Below are positions 19,393 to 28,974 of a stretch of 64,000 bases of DNA, one piece after another (the first letter of the stretch is position 1; every line of letters begins with the position of its first letter). The DNA is from Candidatus Poribacteria bacterium (lineage in GTDB: Bacteria > Poribacteria > WGA-4E > WGA-3G), in the NCBI GenBank assembly GCA_012270795.1, contig JAAXHO010000197.1, forward strand, positions 41,813 to 105,812, written 5' to 3'. Under the pieces are notes generated by a model. The model was not told the origin of the DNA. It saw nothing but the letters and a program-made list of their open reading frames with translations, and did no database searches. Both the position numbers and the translations under genes were made by a program.

Positions 19393-19403
19393 TGCAACGA
19401 ACC

Positions 19404-22364
19404 TTAGAAGGTTTGCGTCAAGCGGGCCATTGCTAATCTTCCGATTTCTGGTGTGCCGACAAATTGCTGATGTTTGTGATTCAGCAGGTTTTGTACTGTC
19501 AAAGAAAAACGCGGTTTTGGACCGAGCGGAATATCATATCCAGCACTTAAATCAATCGTGTAGTACGATTCGACTTCCCCGACATAAACGCCAGATTGGA
19601 CAGGGAATCCTTGCACAAAACGTGCCCGCAGACCAACACCTAATCCAAGATCGATGTTCGTATATTGAATGCTTGTCCCGAATTTATTCTTTGGTGCGTT
19701 GAGTGGAATGTCCGCCAGACCGTCTACATTTTCAAATAGGTCTTTGCTGACAAACGAATAATTTGCGCCGAGGCTCCAACTCGGTGTGAGGAAAAACGTG
19801 AAGTTCAGGTCTAATCCATTGAGTGAAATATCCCCGTAGTTTTGATAAGTAAGTAGAACTGCATTTGGATCCGAAGCTTGTTCTGGTGTTACCGTGCCAA
19901 GTGGTATATATGCTAAAGTTGTAATCAACTCATCGGCGGGTGTGCCGTTTCCATTTCCACCTTCTGCGGGGTTTTCGGGATTGGGAGTGTCAAATGTCAT
20001 GAGTGCCTGCTTAACACTTGCGTTCTGCGGTTCCTCTAATGCCGCTTCCAGCTGGTTTCCGATGTTTTCTTGTAATGAGTCTCTATCAAGAAACACATTA
20101 GGGGTTTTAACGAACAGTGGACCGAGGCAATCGTTGATTCTTGTGTGATAAACATCCGCCGAAAAAGCGAGTCTATTCAGAAGAATCCCTTTGTATCCGA
20201 TCTCATAAGTTTGGGTGATCGTGGGTTTAAGTGGATCTATATTATTCACAACTTCAACATCATCAAATCCCCCTGTCTTTAAATTAAGTGAACGTAGTAC
20301 GTTTTTTAGCCCAACAATTTGCTCTGGTAGGAGATTCGCGAAACCTGATGAGATATCTGCCGCCATAGATGCTGCCAATCCTGCTAGGACAGGTTCAGGT
20401 ATGCTCCCAAGGACTTGTGGAATCAAAACTTGAAGTTGTTCCGGTGGAATTGCTGCAATCGCTCCAGGGGTTTGAAGTTGGGGTGGTAATAACTGGGCGG
20501 TTTCCTCAGGTAGTCCTGCCACTATTGCTTGAATTTCCTCTGGTGACAATCCTGCGACGATTGACGGCAAGTTCTCAGCGGTAAATGTTTCATTGAGTCC
20601 ATCATCAAAGCTGCTTAGAATAACACTGCGTCCGACCCCCCACATGACATTGGTAAAAACTGGGTCATTGAGATGAATGAACGCGTCTGGTTCACGATTG
20701 TCCAAGTGGGCAAAAGGTGAACGGAACAGAGGTATTCCATTTTCCTTCTTGAAGGTGAAACCAGTTTCTGGCGAAACACCTTGTGCACGTAAATCAATGC
20801 CGACCGTAAATGGGTCAGGTCTGGACAGAATATCAAGGAATAGGTTTGATGTGCCTGGAGTATTGAAAGCACGGTTATAGGTGAGTCTGATGTTATGATC
20901 GTCGTTTGGTTGGAATGCAAGCGCGACTCTGGGGGACAGGTTCAGGTCTTCTAAACGATCATGATAATCTATTCGCCCTGCAGCAAGGAACTTCAACTGT
21001 GGAAGGATTTTGGTTTCAGACTGTAAATACGCACCTATTTCGTTAATGGTATCATTTTCTTCATTGATTCCATTTATCGTCTCTTTCGTATCCGGTCGCG
21101 TGAGCAATACATCTAAACCGTAAGTAAACCTTTGTATATCTCCAATTGCGTAGCTATGTTGTATTTGTCCTACGTATAGTTTGGAATTGTCAAAGGTTGG
21201 CATCCCGCTTCGCAAAACATACGTATCTCCAGCATCGCTGAGATTCAAGAATGCTTGTGCAAATAGGTCTTTATATATGAAACGTGCTTGTGCGTAGCCG
21301 TAATTCCAATTTTTTGCTTGCCCTGCACCGATTCCGGTCAATTCAATACCGGAGGCTTGTGTTAAACCACTAGCGAGTATCATGGTTATATCATCACTAG
21401 GACTATAGTCAACACGGAATTCGCCTCGTGCATGTGAGGTATCAAACAACGGTTCCAGTTCCCCTTCGATGTCCTCTGCTAAGCGTCCTTCTTCCCAATC
21501 ATTTCCTCGTGTATAATTGGCAGTGAGTTTATAGCCGATGGTATCATTGATAACACCTGCATGGCGAAGTGAACCTGTGAGTATGCTTCGTTCACCACCG
21601 CCAACACTGATAGTGGTGCCTTGCGAAGTAAACGGAGAACGGGTGAGAATGTGCATCACTCCGTTGGCACTGTTCGGACCGTATAACGCTGCACCAGGAC
21701 CTGAGACGACTTCAATTTGTTCAATATCTTCGCTGATGGTAGGAATAAGTGTATAAGCGTTTACACGCAGCGAAGGGACACTTGCAATGCGATTGTCTAC
21801 CAGTGACAGCAGGTTCCCCGAAAATACGTTGTTAAAACCTCTGACAACGACATACGATGTGCCGATTCCTGATGTCACAACATCTACAGCACGTAAAGAT
21901 TTTAGGTGTTCTGTAACACTCATCGCGACACGGTCTTGGATTTGTGAGTCATCAACGAGTGCCACGGATGCGGGGGCTTCAAGTACTTTCTCTTTCCGAC
22001 GCGATGCCGTGATGGAAACTTGGTCAAGTTCAATAATCTCTGTGGATAGTGAAATTGCTACAGACTTTGTTTCATCTGCAGTAAGTTGAATGTTTGTCAT
22101 CTGCTTTTCAGCATACCCTTGTGCAGATGCGGTAATTGTGTAACTTCCTGCGGCTAAATCAGCCAATTTGAGTATGCCGTTTGCGTCGCTAACCCCCCGT
22201 GTGGTATCCCCTGTTTGGGGTTTGACGATAACGATAACATTGTTGAGTTTATCTCCAGTTTGAGCGTCTGTAACTGTGATGTCTAACGTAGCGGCGATTG
22301 CTATATTCGAAACAGCGAATAAAAGAGCCAACAACGTTATACTAATTGGTCTCAATCGTTTCAT
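19404..22364 (-). CDS. TonB-dependent outer-membrane receptor with an N-terminal carboxypeptidase-regulatory-like domain
   Basis: Signal peptide, CarbopepD_reg-like N-domain, plug and barrel regions, and a C-terminal aromatic terminus (...LTQTF). Confidence 0.85.
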   Translation of the reverse strand: MKRLRPISITLLALLFAVSNIAIAATLDITVTDAQTGDKLNNVIVIVKPQTGDTTRGVSDANGILKLADLAAGSYTITASAQGYAEKQMTNIQLTADETKSVAISLSTEIIELDQVSITASRRKEKVLEAPASVALVDDSQIQDRVAMSVTEHLKSLRAVDVVTSGIGTSYVVVRGFNNVFSGNLLSLVDNRIASVPSLRVNAYTLIPTISEDIEQIEVVSGPGAALYGPNSANGVMHILTRSPFTSQGTTISVGGGERSILTGSLRHAGVINDTIGYKLTANYTRGNDWEEGRLAEDIEGELEPLFDTSHARGEFRVDYSPSDDITMILASGLTQASGIELTGIGAGQAKNWNYGYAQARFIYKDLFAQAFLNLSDAGDTYVLRSGMPTFDNSKLYVGQIQHSYAIGDIQRFTYGLDVLLTRPDTKETINGINEENDTINEIGAYLQSETKILPQLKFLAAGRIDYHDRLEDLNLSPRVALAFQPNDDHNIRLTYNRAFNTPGTSNLFLDILSRPDPFTVGIDLRAQGVSPETGFTFKKENGIPLFRSPFAHLDNREPDAFIHLNDPVFTNVMWGVGRSVILSSFDDGLNETFTAENLPSIVAGLSPEEIQAIVAGLPEETAQLLPPQLQTPGAIAAIPPEQLQVLIPQVLGSIPEPVLAGLAASMAADISSGFANLLPEQIVGLKNVLRSLNLKTGGFDDVEVVNNIDPLKPTITQTYEIGYKGILLNRLAFSADVYHTRINDCLGPLFVKTPNVFLDRDSLQENIGNQLEAALEEPQNASVKQALMTFDTPNPENPAEGGNGNGTPADELITTLAYIPLGTVTPEQASDPNAVLLTYQNYGDISLNGLDLNFTFFLTPSWSLGANYSFVSKDLFENVDGLADIPLNAPKNKFGTSIQYTNIDLGLGVGLRARFVQGFPVQSGVYVGEVESYYTIDLSAGYDIPLGPKPRFSLTVQNLLNHKHQQFVGTPEIGRLAMARLTQTF

Positions 22365-22462
22365 TATAGTATCTCCTTTATGTGATTATGCGGTTTAGCA
22401 TTTATGACATTAGGTAGCATTTGATGAATTATGGTGAATTATTGAAATAATTATACACCCTT

Positions 22463-22508
22463 CTGTAGGATCGATCTCCTGGTCGTGACAAGGAGATCGA
22501 TCCTACAA
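22463..22508. repeat. Palindromic repeat (GTAGGAtCGAtC variant of the 7268 family)
   Basis: ctgtaggatcgatctcctggtcgtgacaaggagatcgatcctacaa. Confidence 0.7.
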
Positions 22509-22694
22509 CTCAGTCAGTATGTTTGAAACACATAAATTAAGCGTTAGTATCACAAATTATGCAAAAAATGTCAAATATATTTTGATATTGTGTTTTCGTT
22601 GTCTGAATCATGATTTTCAGGATTTTTCAGAGCGGTAACATGTTCTAATTATTATTTCACTATATTAACCTAAGTTGCTACCTACTTTAGAATA

Positions 22695-22797
22695 CTCTTG
22701 TTGGAGGGGTTTCTAACCCCGATTTATGACAAAACGCATCAAAATTCGTTGTTTTTATGTTTTCTGTTATCAATCGGGGTTAGAAACCCCGATTTTC
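22695..22797. repeat. Inverted-repeat element with GGAGGGGTTTCTAACCCCGATTT core
   Basis: cttgttggaggggtttctaaccccgattt ... caatcggggttagaaaccccgatttt. Related elements lie at 26366-26438 and 33731-33808. Confidence 0.75.
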
Positions 22798-22805
22798 CCT
22801 ATCTT

Positions 22806-22848
22806 CTGTAGGAGCGACCTTTGGTCGCGACCAGAGGTCGCTCCTACC
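22806..22848. repeat. Palindromic repeat (GTAGGAGCGACC family)
   Basis: ctgtaggagcgacctttggtcgcgaccagaggtcgctcctacc. Confidence 0.75.
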
Positions 22849-22994
22849 TTAAGAAACCTATGTTAGATTATACGCTATATCGACAATTGAATGCCTCTGC
22901 CTCCATATCCGATTTTAGTTGCAATTCCTGTTCAGATGTGGTAAAATAATATGTGAATATACTCTGAACGCCTTGCTTGTAGGAGGAGAGGCGA

Positions 22995-23507
22995 GTGGAA
23001 GTCACCGTTCTGGTACTAAATGCAAGTTACGAAGCAATCAATGTTTGCAACCTTAGACGTGCCTTGAAGATGGTGTTCAAAGGCACTGCTCAGACAGAGG
23101 AAGTGTCTGATACGGAGATACAGTCACCATCAACTGCGGTCAAAGTTCCGCACGTGATCCGTTTGGTAAACTACGTTCATGTACCGCGTAGTGTTGTCAA
23201 GTTCTCACGTAAGAATGTCTTAGCGCGCGACAACCATACTTGTCAGTACTGTCATCGTGAACTCTCTGCATCCCTACTCACACTTGACCATGTTGTTCCC
23301 ATCTCAAAGGGAGGGAAAACGACATGGGATAATGTGGTAACCGCATGCAAACGATGCAATAACAAAAAGGGCAGTAGGATGCTTGATGAGACGCAGTTTA
23401 AGTTGAAACGTGTACCGAAAACGCCTTCAATTCTGACGTATTTGCAACTCAACCGTCATTTTAGAGGTTACCATCCGTCTTGGAAAAAATATCTTTATAT
23501 AAACTGA
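22995..23507 (+). CDS. HNH endonuclease family protein
   Basis: HNH motif CQYCHRELSASLLTLDHVVPISKGGKTTWDNVVTACKRCNNKKG. Confidence 0.8.
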   Translation: MEVTVLVLNASYEAINVCNLRRALKMVFKGTAQTEEVSDTEIQSPSTAVKVPHVIRLVNYVHVPRSVVKFSRKNVLARDNHTCQYCHRELSASLLTLDHVVPISKGGKTTWDNVVTACKRCNNKKGSRMLDETQFKLKRVPKTPSILTYLQLNRHFRGYHPSWKKYLYIN

Positions 23508-23621
23508 AACGGTAGCGTAACCGCTTTGTTCAATACACAACTAATGGCGGAAAGAGATGTCGTACCTTACGCTGCATTCGCAGCGAAGAAGGTAGCAACA
23601 ATATGAGTGTGTCTTGACGTT

Positions 23622-23984
23622 ATGTCCTATCAACCACATCCGGAAAGACTGAAAAAGTCATGGGAATTTCAAAGAACGTATAAAAAGGGGAAGAAGTACT
23701 GGGATGCCTACTTCGTAATCTATGTCTACAAAACACAACTGCGGCATACGCGTTTAGGAATTACAGTGAGTAAAAAAGTAGGTAATAGTGTTCAGAGAAA
23801 TCGTGTCAAGCGGCTCATACGTGAAGCGTTTCGCTCGCTCAAGTCAAACCTTTTACCCCACCGCGATATTGTAGTGGTAGGGAGACCTGCTGCCTGTGAT
23901 ATTTCAGGGCAGCAAGCGCAAGAAAGTTTTCAAAGATTGTTCCGTCGCGCATCAATCTTTGAAATCAGTAATACAAATAAATAA
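23622..23984 (+). CDS. rnpA: Ribonuclease P protein component
   Basis: RLGITVSKKVGNSVQRNRVKRLIREAFR matches the RnpA RNR motif. It lies in the conserved rnpA-yidD-yidC-jag-mnmE order. The start is chosen at an internal Met. Confidence 0.85.
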   Translation: MSYQPHPERLKKSWEFQRTYKKGKKYWDAYFVIYVYKTQLRHTRLGITVSKKVGNSVQRNRVKRLIREAFRSLKSNLLPHRDIVVVGRPAACDISGQQAQESFQRLFRRASIFEISNTNK

Positions 23985-24104
23985 TATAGTGGTCGGTTTG
24001 GATATCTGCCCTGTGAATGAAAAACTTTCAGCGTGGATTGTACCTTATAGGTTGATTGGAGCTGATAAAAACATCATCAAGTGCGCGACAACAATAAATA
24101 AAAA

Positions 24105-24314
24105 ATGAACCGCCTTATTCTTTACACAATCCGCGGCTATAGACGCTTTATCTCTCCACTTTTTCCACCAACTTGTCGCTTCTATCCGACCTGTTCACAA
24201 TATGCACAACAAGCTTTCGAAAAGTATGGTGTCTTCAAAGGTATCTGGTTGACTATAAAACGTTTGGTAAAATGCCATCCGTATCACCCCGGAGGGTTCG
24301 ATCCGCTTCAATAA
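24105..24314 (+). CDS. yidD: Membrane protein insertion efficiency factor YidD
   Basis: 69 aa with the YidD signature ([20 protein letters not shown]...[12 protein letters not shown]). Confidence 0.9.
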   Translation: MNRLILYTIRGYRRFISPLFPPTCRFYPTCSQYAQQAFEKYGVFKGIWLTIKRLVKCHPYHPGGFDPLQ

Positions 24315-24402
24315 CAAACACAGAGTTGGTTTTTTACATTCGCTGTATAAAATAAATAGTAAATTTGAGCCAAAAATAGTAAAGAGGAGTACTTAAATTT
24401 AA

Positions 24403-26280
24403 ATGGGAGCACGTTATATTCTTGCACTCGTCCTGATGATTGCTGTAATGATCACATGGACCTTATTAGTCGGTGATCGTTTCGCACCAGAACAGGATGA
24501 ACCTCCGACATCTCAACAAACACCACAAGATGGAACACCAGATGAAAACATTGGTGATCAGGAAGAAGATCTCGATATCACCGAACCACCAAAAAATCCG
24601 CAGGACATTCCAGACGATACTGAGGATACTGACGAGGATATGGTGCATGTCAAAACGGACACCTACAACATCACTTTTAACGCAAAATTAGCCATCGCAA
24701 AAAAATGGGAATTGGTGGAAAAACGAAAAAATGATAATTTACGATTTCCAGACAGGTCTATCACTGCTAAAGACATCCCTTTTAACTTGATCCCTGAAAC
24801 AGCACTTAGGTGTCTCGCGCTAAGACTGGGAAATCAGAATTTACAAAACGAGTTAAAGCATCGCCGTGCTACCTGGGAAGCTGATAAAGAAAGCATAGAA
24901 CTTTCTGACACTAAACAGCAGGATACAATTACTTTCACGACAATAATTGATGAGAAATTGAAAGTTCAAAAAAGGTTGACTTTCTATAACAACAAGAGTT
25001 ACACAGTTGATCTGGACATGACTTTTGAAAACCTCACTGATGATTCTGAACCGATAAGTATCGGAGGAAATGATACCACCGCTGGTTACGAACTGCTGTG
25101 GGGACAGGGGATAAATGCTGACCTGCTTATACACGAAAAAGAATCCGGAAAACGCGGACGTTTCGATCCTAAAAAAGTAGGTGCCAAAACATACGTCGGC
25201 ACAGGAAAACCTAAAAAAGAGTTGAAAGACGATTTCGCAAACGTAACAGTACTCTGGGCAGGGTTAAGTAACCAATACTTCGGAGCATTTATTATTCCAG
25301 ACCCAGACCTTCAAGCAACATATAGACTGGAAAATCCTGAACCCAAAACGCCTCCAGATATATTCGTAACTGCACCTACCGAGACCGCTGTCCTGACAAT
25401 ACCCAATTTTCAACTTCCATCACAGAAAACACAAACGCATTCGTTTCGAATTTACGTTGGTCCTAAGGACGATACACTGCTGAAGAAAATCAACGCACCA
25501 AATAATAATCCTGCAAAACCTATCAATCTTTCCAAAGTCATTGATTTCGGTTTTTTCGGACCGGTGGCATGGGCAATGCTATGGTTAGTTAAAATGCTAC
25601 ACAATGTATTTGGGAACTACGGTATCTCAATCATTATTTTAACTGCGTTAGTAAAGGTAATCTCTTTTCCACTCACACGTAAAGCGCATGTTTCAATGAA
25701 AAAGATGCAGCAACTTCAACCGCAATTGCTTGAACTGAAAGAAAAATACCGAGATGATCCGCAAAAACTGAATAAAGCGACAATGCGGATATATAAAGAA
25801 AATAATGTAAACCCATTGAGCGGATGTATCCCTTGGCTTCCTCAGATACCCATTTTCTGGGCACTCTTTGCGCTGCTTGGAACTGCAGTTGAATTCCGTG
25901 GAGCACCATTCCTCTTTTGGATAAACGACTTGTCGGCACCAGATGTTCTGGTAGAACTTCCATTTACCATACCTTTGATCTTTTTAGAAATAGATGCTAT
26001 ACGGTTCTTACCGTTACTAAATGGTCTGACATCATGGTTACAACAAAAATTTGTGGGTGGCATGTCTGCCACACCACCGACATCTAATATGCAGACAAAA
26101 ATCATGCAGTTTTTGCCACTTATTTTTGTCTTGATGTTTTATAATTGGGCATCCGGTTTTGTGTTATACTGGTTATGTAATAACGTCTTTACTGTGGCTC
26201 AACAATTGATACAAACAAAATATTTTCATGATGGCGAAACCGTTATACAGGAAACTCCATCTAAGCGAAAACCGAAATAA
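24403..26280 (+). CDS. yidC: Membrane protein insertase YidC
   Basis: N-terminal TM segment, a large periplasmic domain, and a conserved C-terminal 5-TM core with a basic C-terminus. Confidence 0.9.
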   Translation: MGARYILALVLMIAVMITWTLLVGDRFAPEQDEPPTSQQTPQDGTPDENIGDQEEDLDITEPPKNPQDIPDDTEDTDEDMVHVKTDTYNITFNAKLAIAKKWELVEKRKNDNLRFPDRSITAKDIPFNLIPETALRCLALRLGNQNLQNELKHRRATWEADKESIELSDTKQQDTITFTTIIDEKLKVQKRLTFYNNKSYTVDLDMTFENLTDDSEPISIGGNDTTAGYELLWGQGINADLLIHEKESGKRGRFDPKKVGAKTYVGTGKPKKELKDDFANVTVLWAGLSNQYFGAFIIPDPDLQATYRLENPEPKTPPDIFVTAPTETAVLTIPNFQLPSQKTQTHSFRIYVGPKDDTLLKKINAPNNNPAKPINLSKVIDFGFFGPVAWAMLWLVKMLHNVFGNYGISIIILTALVKVISFPLTRKAHVSMKKMQQLQPQLLELKEKYRDDPQKLNKATMRIYKENNVNPLSGCIPWLPQIPIFWALFALLGTAVEFRGAPFLFWINDLSAPDVLVELPFTIPLIFLEIDAIRFLPLLNGLTSWLQQKFVGGMSATPPTSNMQTKIMQFLPLIFVLMFYNWASGFVLYWLCNNVFTVAQQLIQTKYFHDGETVIQETPSKRKPK

Positions 26281-26340
26281 GTTAAATACTGTCCTACTAT
26301 CATTTTTTCATTTACAAACATAATTCTTTCTAACAGACAA

Positions 26341-26478
26341 AGGAGCAGAGTCATTCAATTGTCACAAAGCATCATTGTTGGAGGGGTTTCTAACCCCGAT
26401 TTCTGCTGTTGTGTATCTCAAATCGGGGTTAGAAACCCCTCCAACAACAATGAAACCCGACAATTGGATGCCTCTGCA
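26341..26478. repeat. Nested MITE-like element: 19-bp terminal inverted repeats (GCAGAGtCATTCAATTGTC...GACAATTGgATGCCTCTGC) enclosing a 27-bp-armed hairpin with GGGGTTTCTAACCCC core
   Basis: The inner inverted repeat 26366-26438 is perfect (ttgttggaggggtttctaaccccgattt / aaatcggggttagaaacccctccaacaa). The outer inverted repeat recurs at 54552-54760. The element overlaps the annotated 5' end of jag. Confidence 0.75.
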
Positions 26479-27121
26479 AAAGGAGGGATGCCTCTTGCAA
26501 AACTATATTGAATCTGAAGCAGAAACTGTTGAAGAAGCAATCGAAATTGCTCTCACCGAACTTGATACAACCCGAGAACAAGTCAACATCATCATTATAA
26601 ATGAACCGACAAAAGGCATCCTGAGTTTTGGCGCGAAACCCGCAAAAGTACGCGCCACGTTAAAGGAAGATATAACAAATGCACCTGAAACTGTCCTGAA
26701 AGAAATACTCAAGCGAATCGGAATTGATGGTGAGATTGAATCCGACTTTAGTGATGGTAGTTTATACCTCAATATGGTTACCGACTCCCCAGCCCTTCTA
26801 ATCGGAAAACATGGGCAAACACTTGATGCTATTGAACGGATCCTCAATTGTATCATCAATAAAAATGCACTCGCTAAAAGAAAGGTTTTTGTTGATACTG
26901 AAGGTTACCGTGAACGCCGAGAGAATATGCTCGTTGACCTCGCTCATCAGGTAGCAGCAAAGGTTAGACGAACTAAGCAGGATGCTGTCCTTTCACCTAT
27001 GTCTGCTAAGGACCGCCGCATCATTCATATTACTTTACAACCGGACGATTCCGTTTCAACCTTCAGTCAAGGAGAAGGCGATATGCGCCGCGTTGTTGTT
27101 ACCAGACAAGACGATTATTGA
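26450..27121 (+). CDS. jag: Jag/KhpB-like RNA-binding protein (KH + R3H domains)
   Basis: C-terminal R3H (DRRIIHITLQPDDSVSTFSQGEGDMRRVVV) with a KH-like segment upstream. The N-terminus of the annotated ORF is encoded by the repeat element, so the true start is probably MKPDNW or MPLQKEG. Confidence 0.75.
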   Translation: MKPDNWMPLQKEGCLLQNYIESEAETVEEAIEIALTELDTTREQVNIIIINEPTKGILSFGAKPAKVRATLKEDITNAPETVLKEILKRIGIDGEIESDFSDGSLYLNMVTDSPALLIGKHGQTLDAIERILNCIINKNALAKRKVFVDTEGYRERRENMLVDLAHQVAAKVRRTKQDAVLSPMSAKDRRIIHITLQPDDSVSTFSQGEGDMRRVVVTRQDDY

Positions 27122-27218
27122 TCCAGATATTAGCACAACAGAGTCAAGTGTGAACGACATTACCGAATGATAATCCCATTTACCTCGTCCAGGACGTTCG
27201 TAGAACAGGAATTGCGAC

Positions 27219-28607
27219 ATGAAATATGAGGATACCATTGCCGCCATCGCAACACCGCGCGGTGAAGGGGGCATAGGGATCGTGCGTGTCAGCGGTTCGC
27301 TTGCAATTCCAATCGCTTGCCAACTGTTTCGCCCCTCACGCCCAGTTGAAACTGATAAACTCGCTACCCATACACTAACACACGGGCATATTATAGATAT
27401 ATCCGCATCCGATGAAGTCGTAGACGAAGTACTTCTCGGCATTATGCGTGCCCCACATACATACACCACTGAAGATATTGTCGAATTCAACTGCCACGGT
27501 GGTGTCGTTCCACTGACTAATGTACTCGACTTAGTAGTAAAGACAGGGGCAAGACTTGCCGAACCCGGTGAGTTTACCAAACGTGCCTTTCTCAACAGTA
27601 GACTTGACCTTGCACAAGCTGAAGCAGTTGCTGAACTCATCAGTTCCAAAACAGAACTCAGCAGCAAAATCGCAATTGATGCACTATCGGGTAAACTCTC
27701 AGAGACCGTTAATACTCTTAGTGATAGACTTGCAGATCTGCTTGCAGAAATTGAGGCATCCATTGACTTTCCAGACGAAGACCTTGACTTTATGAAGGTT
27801 GAAACACAACTTCACGCTACACGTGCTGTTCAAGCAGAATTAACATGTCTGTTAGAAACTGCAACGGAAGGACGAATTATCAAAGAGGGTGTCAATGTTG
27901 GCATTTTGGGTAAACCAAATGTCGGCAAATCAAGTCTGTTCAATGCACTGGTTACCACAACACGGGCAATTGTAACGGACATCCCAGGCACCACACGCGA
28001 CACAATTGAAGAGACAATAAACATCGGTGGAATCCCGATCAACCTTATTGATACAGCAGGCATCCGAAATACAGACGACATCGTTGAACAAGAGGGTGTT
28101 CAGAGAAGTAAAGATGTTCTCAATAAAGCAGAACTGCTGCTCCTCATGTTCGACGCATCCCAGCCCCTGAATGATTCAGATATTGAATTATTGCAGACTG
28201 CAACTTCTCACCGCGCAATCCTGGTTCTTAATAAGATTGATCTCACTACTATTGTCCAACCGGAGATTTTGTCCAACCACTGTCCTAAAACGTGTGTTGT
28301 TCAGACAGCAATTACAGAAGACATCGGTATTGATACACTGAAAACCACTATCCGTGAGGAGTTACTCGGTGGTGATTTCAGCATGGGGGAATCCCCGATT
28401 GTTACCAACACGCGTCATCAAGATGCCCTACGCCGCGCTCACGAAGCACTTGTGGAGGTGATTGCAAGTTTAGAAAACGAGATGCCACCAGACCTCGTTT
28501 CTGTTGACCTACGCATAAGTCTTGATGCTCTCGGTGACATCGTAGGCAAAACAACCACTGAGGATATACTGGATCGTATTTTCTCACAGTTCTGCATCGG
28601 CAAGTAA
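27219..28607 (+). CDS. mnmE: tRNA modification GTPase MnmE
   Basis: G-domain motifs (GKPNVGKSSL, DTAG) and the invariant C-terminal CIGK. Confidence 0.9.
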   Translation: MKYEDTIAAIATPRGEGGIGIVRVSGSLAIPIACQLFRPSRPVETDKLATHTLTHGHIIDISASDEVVDEVLLGIMRAPHTYTTEDIVEFNCHGGVVPLTNVLDLVVKTGARLAEPGEFTKRAFLNSRLDLAQAEAVAELISSKTELSSKIAIDALSGKLSETVNTLSDRLADLLAEIEASIDFPDEDLDFMKVETQLHATRAVQAELTCLLETATEGRIIKEGVNVGILGKPNVGKSSLFNALVTTTRAIVTDIPGTTRDTIEETINIGGIPINLIDTAGIRNTDDIVEQEGVQRSKDVLNKAELLLLMFDASQPLNDSDIELLQTATSHRAILVLNKIDLTTIVQPEILSNHCPKTCVVQTAITEDIGIDTLKTTIREELLGGDFSMGESPIVTNTRHQDALRRAHEALVEVIASLENEMPPDLVSVDLRISLDALGDIVGKTTTEDILDRIFSQFCIGK

Positions 28608-28974
28608 ACGCAATCTAAACACAATTCGTTCGTCACGTTCACATGTATGTTTTTCGTTAATGCAACCTTTCTTCACGCGCGGTGTAATTCAACATATTAC
28701 CAGATTATTTTGATTTCAATCTAATGATACGCGTGTGGAATTTATCGGGAAACCACATCTACTGACTGGAAAATAGGTTATATACCATATACCTTACTAT
28801 AAGATAAACACGAAAATTCATTTTCTTCTGGACAGACTTTGTTTTATGTGTTATTATGTTAGCAACTATTGAAGCGATATCAATGTTGCGTGGAATTTCT
28901 GCTCAACACCATAATTTAGGTTCGTGCCTAATTGATCGTACAAATACGCACAAATAAATATAAGGAGAGAATTA

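Noticed and set aside
22380-22990. The 600-bp intergenic region, examined for a structured ncRNA, tRNA or origin-like features
   Set aside because: The content is explained by copies of three hairpin repeat families plus AT-rich spacer. No tRNA-like T-loop/anticodon architecture or known ncRNA consensus was recognised by eye. A covariance-model scan would be needed to exclude a novel RNA.
23520-23600. A possible rpmH (ribosomal protein L34) gene upstream of rnpA
   Set aside because: The only small ORF there (MAERDVVPYAAFAAKKVATI) lacks the basic K/R-rich L34 signature, so L34 is not called.
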